A stretch of 63,803 nt of DNA, counting the filler, from Choristocarpus tenellus KU-1152 (taxonomy: Eukaryota > Protista > Phaeophyceae), in assembly GCA_964200185.2 (NCBI GenBank). It is 10 parts of 10 records of this genome, joined end to end, with 100 filler letters (N's around TTAATTAATTAA, not from the genome) between each part and the next. Parts side by side here need not be neighbours in the genome. Positions count along the whole stretch, not along the records: positions 46,039 to 54,845 come from CAXNAD020004310.1; positions 54,946 to 60,245 come from CAXNAD020011235.1; positions 60,346 to 63,803 come from CAXNAD020019905.1; 7 more parts are not named here. One strand, written 5' to 3'. A program made the translations under genes and the position numbers. The notes under the pieces were generated by a model. It did no database searches, had not been told where the DNA came from, and saw only the letters and a list, made by a program, of their open reading frames with translations. This document shows positions 53,146-63,803 of the stretch, piece by piece (position 1 is the first letter of the stretch; every line of letters begins with the position of its first letter).

Positions 53146-54945
53146 CAAGTAGATTTCCCTCAGTGATACGAAAAAAAAACGATATGTGCCGTTTCCCTCC
53201 GAACCCAAAATGTACACCAATAACCCACCTAAAATTCAAAGATTACTTACAAATTCGACTTAGAGTCCAGATACAGAGAGTGACACCTGTTTCAAGGTAA
53301 AGAGATCCATCGTTCTCTCTCTTCCTTATTCCATCTTCACCTCGTTCTGAAAAGACCAGCGGCCGTTTCTCCAGGTCTCACGAGCAACAAATAATAGCCT
53401 GACTTATGCTCCACTATATCCCTTCCAATTTTTCTTACAAATTGCCCTTGCACGTTCCTATGATACTCTCACTCTAGTTAAATTCTCGTTGTTCCCCCTC
53501 TGCTATCGTTGTAAGGGGGTTCTTAGGTTGTTTTGTGATGTATGGAAGGAGGGAGAGAATGAAATATAAAGTGATGAGAGCAAAAAAAAAAGTGGAAGTA
53601 GACAGGTGTCATTGACCAATTAAACGACTCGATTTTGGTGAGTCCCATTCTCAACTCACCAACAAAAATATAAGAAGAATAAAATTATCGTTCCCATCAT
53701 TTGTTTTTTGTTGATTCGTCATCACACTCACCCACACACGACAATTAATCAACTACAACAAAACCCTTGAACAACCCAACCTATTTTATTTAACGAACAA
53801 ATAACTATATATGAAATCATATATTTTGAAAACATTTATTGTTCAAATTCATTACAGAAGCAAAATTAACTCCATTCTTGATAAGTCATTGGGATATTAT
53901 ATTACGCTTCGTGAAAGTGGTTGATCACCTCCCCATGTAAATGTGATGTATATTTTGGTTTTGATGCCAATGGACGACCATACCTGTACAATCCAAGATC
54001 GTATGTCAATTGGAATAAGGGGAAAAAGTGGGGTAACAACTATATTCCTCTTACCATATATCTTGTTGAACAATTGGTAGGTTGTTTGTTGGTGAGGGTT
54101 GCAACCAGTAGTGTGTGCGACAGTTTTGTGTAGGACACAGAGAGTTGGCAACACGGTCAGAAAATGAAGAGATCAATTTCTGTTAATGGGTCAGACAACA
54201 TGTCTCCCTTATCGTCCTCCTATTCATAGACCACTTAAGGCATCTATGATACCATTTTTCATGGGGACCTTCTCGTGGAGATGAAAACGACGGAAGACGT
54301 TTTTGGTAAGACTTATTTTCTGGTGTCATTGAGAGCCATGGGAGGGGTAGCACATTGGTTTTAGGTTGAGAAAATTATATAAATACCTCTTTCTATGGTG
54401 AATATCCTGTATTCTTTGTATCAAGTCAAAGTTACATTGTTGGTGTGCTGCAATAGGCCCCAACATTGACGACGTTGGGATGGACTCTCAGTGTTCAATG
54501 ATGGTAGGAGGTGCTCCATCAACCAAGGACAGGTCAAAAATAGCTGTCGATATGACGGTGAGCAACTGCGACTCCTAACCCCATTGCACCAAGGCCACTC
54601 TACAAACGGTCTACAAAACATACACATGGGTGTAATATAATCAGAGTTAAAACCATCCACGGAAACCCTTGCCAGCCAAGGCAACAAGCCTCTACACAGA
54701 GCATGGACTTCTTTCGTTGAGTATCTCACGAAAGAATACAGAATTGACCCAAAGTATCTTGGAGGGGGGGGGGGTCTACAACAGGGTGTCCATTTGGACC
54801 AAAATCAGGAGAAGTGCATTACAGTATCCATCTGACGTATGCAACNNNNNNNNNNNNNNNNNNNNNNNNNNNNNNNNNNNNNNNNNNNNTTAATTAATTA
54901 ANNNNNNNNNNNNNNNNNNNNNNNNNNNNNNNNNNNNNNNNNNNN

Positions 54946-57900
54946 CCCTTATCTCCAGCCTCTTTGTGTTCAGAACCACTCTCTGTTGTCTTGGACAGTT
55001 CTCCCACTCCCGTTGCACTTCGTGCCTTGTTCGTCATCTTGACATCTCTAGGTGAGCCTCTAGGTGGCGCAGCAGTGGAAGGTGTAGGCGTCCCCTTCAC
55101 TCCAGACAGTAATGTTGACCTCTGCTTGTCCTCTTTTTTCCCCTGTACTGAGGGAGTAAAAGAGGCAGAACTCCGAGCTGTGGGTGACGAAAAATTGCGC
55201 TCTAAGGATGACTGAGGAAGGGAAGATAGGGAACAGTCCTGCTGATTCCTTGGTGGAAGCATTCCAGAGGGTGATGCTTGCTGGAGTCCATCCGCCCTGG
55301 CCTGTGATGCCCTGGTCCTTCCAATATTAGCAGTTCTCTTAACATTTGATCCTTGAACCAGTGTCCCTGACTTCTGTTCTTCAGTAGATATAGACCCTGG
55401 AGTCACCCCCACTGCTGCCAAGGATCTATCCTTGGACTTTGATGGCAACACAGTTGCTTCACCCTTGTCAGAAACAGAAGACAAGTCATTGCCTTGCAAC
55501 TGTCTTGGAGACAAATGAACTGGTGGGGCTCTTTTACCTCCTGCCCGCCTCACACGAGAGGACACCTTAGAAACATTTGTCCCACTCAATGCCCCCCCAG
55601 CAGATGTTTGGTTGACCCCTACTCCTACCTCAACCTCATCCCCATTCCTAACTCCCGGCTTCCCAGGAGGTCCAGAAATAGACGGCCATCGACTGCCACT
55701 GCCACTGCCATTGCCACTGCCGCTGCCTTTGAGGCTGCCCTTGACAACAACCTTATCTACATTAGAATACCCACTAGGCCCCCGACTTGACCAAGACTTT
55801 CCATGCTCTCTCTTGATTGCTGACCCACTACCACCGCCACTGCCATCCTGTACCCTATTGTGAAGCCTGTGATTGTTGCCAGTAGCTGTCGCCTCGCTGT
55901 TTCCGTTGTAAGACTTCACTTCAGCACTGAATGAACGCCTGATGCATACACTTGCCCCACTGTCTGTCTGAACAGCTGGATCTTTCCCAGCCTCCCCAGT
56001 CATTACCACTGGTTTAGTCGCGCCCATTTTTGTCGGAGTACGCTGGTCTATCTGAGTCAATGGGCTGCTCGAGATGGATTGTTGTCTTGTGCGGATTGGG
56101 AATCGATGACGGAAACTTCTAGCACGAGCAGGTAGGCCGCCGGTCGAAGCTGCAGTTTTACTGGGGCTCACAGCGCTCCTATTGTTGTCACCACCACCAT
56201 TTCCTCTAATCTTTCCTCCATTCCCATTGCTGCAGTCACTCTCTAAACTCTGCTGGGTCGGGGGGGTTTCAACTTTGGTCACTATTGGCATGTGTCCAAG
56301 CACACTCGCTGGCAGGAGAGCACCTGCTGAGGAGCCCTTCCTAACTAAGGATCGTGAAGACTGGTCTGGGTGTGTGTGTATCCAAGATTGGAGGGATAGA
56401 GGGGAGAGGGAAACACGTAAGTTCAGATCTTGAACACAAGGGAAGGGAGGGGGGGGGGGGGTCATCTGCCTACTACATGACTCTCCCCTGGAGAGAGGGC
56501 ATCCCCCGCAAATGATGAAAACCAAAACCATGGAAACTACAACAATTTTGACACTCTGTGAAGCAAGGACTAAATAAAACTACCTTTGTCATTCATTTCA
56601 TCACAGAATAATAACAGCCTTTTCTCCTGATACAAACAACATCATGAATATCGTTTCATCTCATATCAAAAGCACCAACTGCAAAGTACCACTACGATGG
56701 TGCAAGAATAGGGAGATCCAGGTCCACTCAATAGCCACATGCTAGAACTTGTTCAATGAACGCCTTACACAACTTACCAGCGGTTGGAATCTTGCTCCTA
56801 CCAGAGATGGCACTTCCACTTCGATCCCTTGTCCCCAAAGAAGATGCTGTACTCTCAGCCCCACCATGCTGACCAGCCATGCTTGTAACCATGGGTTTCC
56901 CTGTCCCCAGTGCCTTGGAGTCTTTCGAAGATTTTTTTGCAGGATTACTGGAGCTCGAGCTTGTCTTTTTCAATGCCCCACGGACACTGGTTTTGAACCC
57001 ACCAGGAGAAGTAGAAACATCTCCATCTAGAACTCCCTGTACCTCTCCTCCTCCCCTGCTGCTGCTATCCCTGTTCCTTCTGCGCCTAACTTGACTTTTG
57101 TCCATGTTCCCCTCTCCTTTCTGGCTGTGGTCACCTTTCCCCCTTTCACCTGCAGACTGACCATTTAATACACCCATTGCACGTTCCAAGGGCAACATTG
57201 ACCGGGATGACATACCTTGCCCCACATGTTCATCTTCACCCCCACCTCCACCCTCACCACCTACTGGCCCCTGCAACTTAGTCTCTGCTTGAGGTGTATC
57301 CCCTTCCGAATACTTAGGACCCCCCGAAGTAGCAGCAGACTCACCCTTCTCTAAAATTTCTTTGTGACCCCGACTTCGGCCCGGGGTGACTGCAGCAGCC
57401 ACCCTCGCCGCTGTATCAGCAAACTGTGACAGACTAGTTGTGAATGATAGTGAACGGCGCAGACGCATTGAGCTTGGTCTGCTTCCACCACCTTCAGAAG
57501 ACACATCAGACCCCACTACTCCTGCCACTGCTCCTGCTGTATTTGTCGCACCTCCTCCCTCGCCTCTTCCAGTCACTCCTCCGGCTGTGGGCCCTGCCTG
57601 CTGAGGTGGCATCGACCTAGATGATCCTACAGTACCCGTTGCTGATGTTGTGGTCGACAGCTGGTGTGGATGTAGAGCCCGCACTGCAGTCCCTCTGTCC
57701 CTCCCCGGGCCCTGAGACATACCCATTGTATCTCTTACTCGACCTCCATTCCGGAGCCCTGGTTTCACCAGAGAAGAGACAGAGACCATCTGGGGAGTAC
57801 TTGGGGGGCTGATAGTTGCACCAACAGTGGCCATTGGCGCCATCAATGTAGTGCTTGGAGGTGCTATGGGGGCCACTGCACTAGATTCCTCTACATGAGA

Positions 57901-59334
57901 ATCCTCACCTACATCTGAGTCAGTGCATGGGCAGGGATCAAGTTATGTTGGGCTAAGAGGGTTTGGGGAGTGGTCGGAGAGCGTGACCCACACCTGACTA
58001 AGAACCTCGACAAAACTTGAGAACAAGGGTTTCCCACCCTTTTCGGGTTGAATCGCTGTATGTTACGCATTACCCTCTTTCCATAACATGCATCGCATCT
58101 GCAGTTGTAGAATATAGATACATACATACAACATATATACCATATTGTTCACATATGTCACCATCTCCATTCCTTCATCCTCCCAACCGAATACACCCTG
58201 TTCCAGTCACTTTCCTCTCCAACACTCAAGTCACGAACACAGTAGGGATGGAACAGGAAGACCTCTTTCAATCCACGCTTTTCACAAAAGATTGCAAAAG
58301 GATATTACCCCGGAGTCCACTCCCTACCAACGAAAAGCAGAACATAAAAGCGTCTATAATCATCCTGTGTACTGTAGTAGGAAATAGACAATGAGGATAG
58401 AAATCTTAAGAGGGTGGCGAGGGAAGAGTAGAAGGCGTCACGATCAGTGACTCAGAACGCTACCTTGATGGGTAGAGGGAGGGGAGTTGGCGGTTCCAAC
58501 CGAGTTAGACCCTGAGGATGAACGAGGGCTTGAACTAGACCAGGCTGACATGCTCGACAAGGAGGTGGAGACTGAGCGGTCTCTGAACCGACTGCGCCAG
58601 CGTTGGGTAGGTCGACTGGTAGAGCACGAGAGGAGTGGAATCGGGCCTAATGTCAGAAAAAATTGGAAGCGACCATAAACGTTTTGGGTTGCGAGTAAAG
58701 GCAGTCGCATCAGCAAGAGTGTTTACAGACGTATGTCCTGAATTGTGATGGTGTATCAAGAAGGCGTAATTTGCTCTCTGACAACCTCTTCATGTCTTAT
58801 CCACCATACCGTAGTGTCTCCAATAGAAAGAGAAGAAGATGTGTAAGAGGGATTAAGTGGGCAGGCACTCGACACAGCATGCACATACACGCGGAGGACA
58901 GTACGATCAGTGACCAGAATCAGGTAGGAAAGGAAAAAAACAAATTTGTACCAGGAAACATAAACATAAATTCAGACCGAGGCCCTCTCAGGTTTTGTCC
59001 CAAGTCTTAAAATCTCTCCTTGAAATTCTGTACACTGCCCATCATTCCCTCTATTTCCTTCCTTCCATGCAAACACTCAGTAGTCACGTGTGATCTCAAA
59101 CAGGAATGGGAGTTGTGTAGTGACGCTAGATGTTCGTTAAATGGGTTAGAATATCGTATGGCCATAGGCCAAACCCCTCTCCAACTCATAGTGGATCGTG
59201 AGTCTCTCCCATGCGCACCTGGGGCGCTGCTGCGAAGATGTCGCATTCCCTGCCATCCCTCTGTTGGTCGCAGTAGCTGACATCACGTTCCCATTTCGCA
59301 CAGGATCCTCTCTTCGTCGACTCCGCAATGACAT
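54946..59334 (-). CDS. Large Ser/Gly/Pro-rich low-complexity protein of unknown function, 5' part (exons 59334-59219, 58615-58464, 57890-56778, 56365 to the gap)
   Basis: Two long open exons (1.1 and over 1.4 kb) and two short ones join with compatible phases 2, 1, 1. No recognisable domain. The start codon is tentative. Confidence 0.75.
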
Positions 59335-60999
59335 CACCTAGAGCGACAACCCCACCTTTGACGGACAAAGGGGGGTAGTGCACCCTCCCCTCCTCCTTTT
59401 TGGTCAGAGATGGAACAGAAAGTTGTTGACACTATATGTCTGGTATGTACGGTATACCAAGTACCCACCAATGTCTCCCAAATCCCAAATCACTCTAATA
59501 TAAAAAGAAGACCTGTTGGAACACAAGAGGTGAGAGTGACCCCGACACCAATTATGCTATTCCTTCTCAATATCATCAAATGACTTTTTGCATTATATGA
59601 AGTACCTTCTGTTATAGTACTATCAGTATTAGAATGTTAGTGTATTTTTGTTGTTACATAAGTTATTCCTTGTTCCTTAATTTTTCTCTTCGTATTCCTT
59701 TACTTATTTTACAACCCTTTTCTAATCATGACATACCATACTTCTACTGCTACTGCAACTGGTTTGTCTGTTGTAGATTAATATTATTATACCCTATCAC
59801 TTTCCAGATGTGTCAGGGCAAAACCAATTCAATATCAGAACACCTGAAAAAGTAACAGTTTAGTGGTAAATGTGAAAGATATCATTCCTCCATCTGCTAT
59901 TTGACTACCACCTATGCTACACCACTCCCCTCCTATCCCTCCAACCTAGCTTAGCCCTACACACAAGGATGAGGAGCTAGGGAAGCATCCCAAGAATCTG
60001 ACAGGCCCCTCCTTGCCCATCTCCTTGGACTCTCCAGCTTAAAACGCATGACACGTCTTGATAGAGCCGCTTGTGGGTCAAAGTATCTGGGGGGGGATGT
60101 CTGCGTCCGTTTTTCACCCTTTTTTCGATTTTCACTTTTTGGTGTAATTTGGTCGCACGTGTCGGTTTGTAATGTCAGCAAAAAAAATAGTTGTTTAAAC
60201 GAAACGGACGCCCTCTCACAAACCACCCCCCTCTCCCATCTTCCTNNNNNNNNNNNNNNNNNNNNNNNNNNNNNNNNNNNNNNNNNNNNTTAATTAATTA
60301 ANNNNNNNNNNNNNNNNNNNNNNNNNNNNNNNNNNNNNNNNNNNNATGCAAGTGCTATCAAGGATTAGACTTATCTTATTCATGACCTACTCGGCATCTG
60401 ATTATTGCCTGTCATATGCCCCCCAAGCACAAAGCATGCTCAAGGTTGCTAGTGCGCAAAACAGGCAATGACAAAAATGATGGATTAATAAAGAAGGGCT
60501 AATGAGAGCAACGAATATAATAGTAATAATAAATAAAGAGAAACAGAAGAAATGAAAAATAACAATAAAAACTGGCAATATGTGGGTGATAAGGGTATTA
60601 AAGTGGTAACTGAATAAAAAAGAAAATATAAGGAAGAAGAATAAAAAATAAAAAAGTCGGTAAATAAGGAGAGTAACAACTATGAAAAAAAAATGAAATT
60701 TAAATCAGGGGATGATGGGATGATAACCAAAAATAAATAAACACTAGAAAAACAGAAGTGAGATATATAGAACATGTATGTAAAAAATAGAGGATTCAAG
60801 ATCACAGAGAGTTGTTGCAAAATAGAAAAGAGGAAAATAAAAAAAGTAGTGAGTTCAGTGTTTATATTTTCTAAGAACTTCAGCCTATACAACCGATGTA
60901 TATTACTGTGTGCTCTAATGTGGGCAGCTTCTTCATTCCAACTTCTGCTGTCTCGTGTTCCTTTCAGTGGCTATGATTATCATTACTTTAATCTCTTAT

Positions 61000-62810
61000 T
61001 CTAGCATGTACCGGCTGAGCCTCACCTTGTCCTTCAGGCATACAGTTCTACCCTGCTGGGAGGTTTTCTGGAGGAGGCACTCTTCTCTCTCCTGCTGAAT
61101 TCCTCCTTACCTCGATTGTTCAACCGTACCCTCCAGTAGAGTGACTTGAACTCAAGAACTGAACCCTTTGTCCTACCTGTCTCTTCAGCTTTCATCCTTC
61201 CACAATGTTTGACACTAGTGCCAATAGGGAAGAGACGTAACACATCCTATCAGGCAAGAGTTGTTCTTGGGTGGGAACAATAGTTGGGCATGATCATGTG
61301 TTTGGGTTGTGAAGGACCTAGAAGGTATGATAAACATCCAGCTGTAGTAAGGTAAGGTTGTTCATTTCTTCTGTTTGGTTACCTAGTCTGAAAACTGTCC
61401 ATCTTAGACCTTTCCTTTGTATTACAATGCCATTTGCTAAGGTCTGACAAGGGTGCATTGTTACTGCTTGAACTGAGTGTTGGAATGTTGACAAAAGGTA
61501 CCCATGGTGACAGTGGTGATGGTTGGGAGCATTGACCTTCTCTAAATGACAGTTCCCTCTAGTGTTGTCTACATAATGTTGCTCCTAGAAATATTTTTGT
61601 AAGGCAGTCCCACCATTATCCTAAAAGCCATATTGCACACATTTTCCTCAGGGGAAACGCTATTGGAAGTTTGCATGACCTCAATACCAGTATTGGTGGA
61701 ATATTGCACCTCTGGGGTTTGCTGCATGTAAGGTACCTTTGCCTGCCATGTTGAGCTGTGGTAAGCAATTTTCACAAACATATATGAGACCTGCACCTGT
61801 GTCAAGGAGTACGTGGACAAGCATTCTCGAGTGGACTCTGCATGGGTGACATAGCAGGGCATATGTCGATACTTGACTAGTACCATAGGCCGGTGTCATG
61901 GCGAATATTATCGAGGTGGAAATGAAAGTCTAAATGTCTACAGTTGGAATGACATGACTAGAAACTCAGACTCCACGGTGTGACTTGAAGACGACTCTGC
62001 AGCTTCCGAATCGGTTGGGCTTCTTACAAATAGTGGAGGGAGTTTCGAGTCTTGCATCGCTGCTAAGTATCGGAGATGTGTTTCTATTAAGGCTACCATT
62101 GTACGAGACTCGGCAGTAGATTGAGAACCCGGTGGGTTCCCGAAAGGTGTGGGAGAATTCCCCTGGGAACTATCGAGTCTTATGTATACCTGCACTCGTC
62201 AGTTATGGACGCGAAGCAGTCTTGGCTACAGGCATGATGAAAGCAGACTCAGTGATCCTTTAGCCATGTATGGACTTCGTCCTGGGAGGCCGATGACGGA
62301 GGTAAGCCTTTGCCCGAATCGTGCCGACTTCTATCGCTTGCCCTGTCCATGGGTAGAGCAAGTGAGGATCAAAGTACAAGCTGGGGAACGGATGTGACTG
62401 GTCGAATGAGTTTTGATGCCTTGCTCTTAGGGAACGAACGAGGTACTGTGTTTGCTGGGAACGGAGGAAGGTTCGGTATTGAAGGCAGCACAGACAGCGG
62501 GCGAGGAGTTTTGGGTTAAAACAGGTTGAAGCATCGGTGCAAGGGCTGCCAGTATACGGTTGACGACCTCTCTGTATAAAAGTGAAGTTTGGCTTGATAA
62601 CTATTCGAGCATGGAAGTCCTGTTTTGGCGATATAGTCCCTGTTTCTGCCTGACGATCGGGGTTTCGGCTGAGGCAGCGGAAGGATGTGACATGCTCGCA
62701 AACAAGCGCATCTACAATCTACCCAAACCAGTGTAAGTCTTCTACGTAGAGAATAGAGGGAAATTTGATCTGGGTAGGACTTTGGGTAAGAGAGTTGGGC
62801 TCGTTGGTAC
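61000..62810 (-). mobile_element. Possible retrotransposon gag remnant
   Basis: Fragmented frames, e.g. YMQQTPE...VSPEENVCNMAFRIMVGLP, resembling the gag Q..E...F..GL pattern. Confidence 0.35.
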
Positions 62811-63677
62811 AATCAATGAGTTGATCTTCACCTATATATCCCCCCCCAAAAGAACCTCATATGTATGAGGCATCTGCAAGTCCACCGTATACTCTCGATA
62901 GTGGAAAGCTAGGCTATGGCTGCAGCCTTCCGCGTCACACCTTTCTCTCTCTTTAAAAAAAATAGCGCATGGCAACCTTTACCACGATTTTCCGCTGGCC
63001 ATCCAAAAAGGGTACATTCTCTCACCGAAATATGGACCCACTCAGTTGCCATAACGTCGTCTCAACGGACCTGAAGAGCTTTCCTTTGATGCGTGGGATG
63101 TCGATTGCAGACGAAGCACATGAAAGGACCGCTGTGTGTCCTAAGAAAGTCAGACAAGAGTTTTCGAGGAGTTCGATGTGGAAAAGAGTTGAAGTTATTG
63201 ATGCGTGGACGCAATGCATAAACACGTTGAGCCGTCACGACTGCTGCAAGAGTTCTCGCAAAGTCTGGCCTTGGGCAGGGACATCTCCGAATCACGGATT
63301 CCCAGCGGAACCTGTGAAATAAAAGCACACCGTGATACACGAAAAACAGATGGGGAATGTGAGTGTGTGAATGGCAAGGAAGAACTACCTAGGCAACCTC
63401 TATACCACGATGGTCAAAAACCACTCGTTTACGACTATAGGTGGATGATGTGGCGGTCAGAGGCCACTCGTTGTACAACAATGAAGGATGATGGTTCCCT
63501 CGGAGCCATAGATACGATCACACCCACGGAGACGACGAGGCTAAGACGAAAACCCCGCAGACTCCGCATGAAGATCACAAACCCAAGTGGAAAAGAAAAG
63601 AATCAGCTCAAAGCTCGACTCAATCTTTCGTTCAAGATAAAAGACTGGTAAGAGGGTTAAAAGTGTTTTCACTAAAA

Positions 63678-63803
63678 GAGTAAAAGTATCTTAGAGGCTA
63701 CGAGTTTTGCCCTATTTGTCCATTTGGGGCTTGACTTCCTGCAGGTTTATTTATGTCATTTTCCTACTCAAAAATATTTCGGAGTAGGTAAAATGTATAT
63801 GTT
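63678..63803 (+). mobile_element. MITE family A, truncated by the window end
   Basis: gagtaaaagtatcttagaggctacgagttttgccc matches the family A left end. Confidence 0.9.

Noticed and set aside
62969-63651. Overlapping 117- and 148-aa ORFs
   Set aside because: No recognisable motif or splice structure; left uncalled.
1-63803. tRNA, rRNA or snRNA genes
   Set aside because: None recognised by eye. A covariance-model scan would be needed to exclude them.

Overview
Eukaryotic nuclear DNA, not prokaryotic. The window is ten short contigs joined by artificial 100-nt spacers (N-run + TTAATTAATTAA + N-run), so neighbourhoods across spacers are not evidence of linkage. GT-AG introns, signal-peptide + 'G|F' bipartite plastid presequences and TTAGGG repeats point to an ochrophyte, most likely a brown alga (inference). 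Hand-spliced genes: a complete plastid-targeted FdC1-type [2Fe-2S] ferredoxin, a complete 11-exon plastid-targeted RelA/SpoT homologue with a degenerate hydrolase domain, and partial CRAL-TRIO, cyclophilin, RING-H2, protein kinase and large Ser/Gly-rich genes. The rest is decayed transposons: two DD39D-like mariners, gypsy, copia and LINE remnants, and three related MITE families ending in GAG-N-(C/G)AAAG, two of which show a 4-bp TSD and one of which twice nests in itself. The most unusual signal is the dense scatter of short (CCCTAA)n tracts through introns and repeats, including one apparently written into a MITE terminal repeat after insertion. That hints at telomerase-templated internal repair, but it is a hypothesis. 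Most ORFs in the supplied track are spurious.
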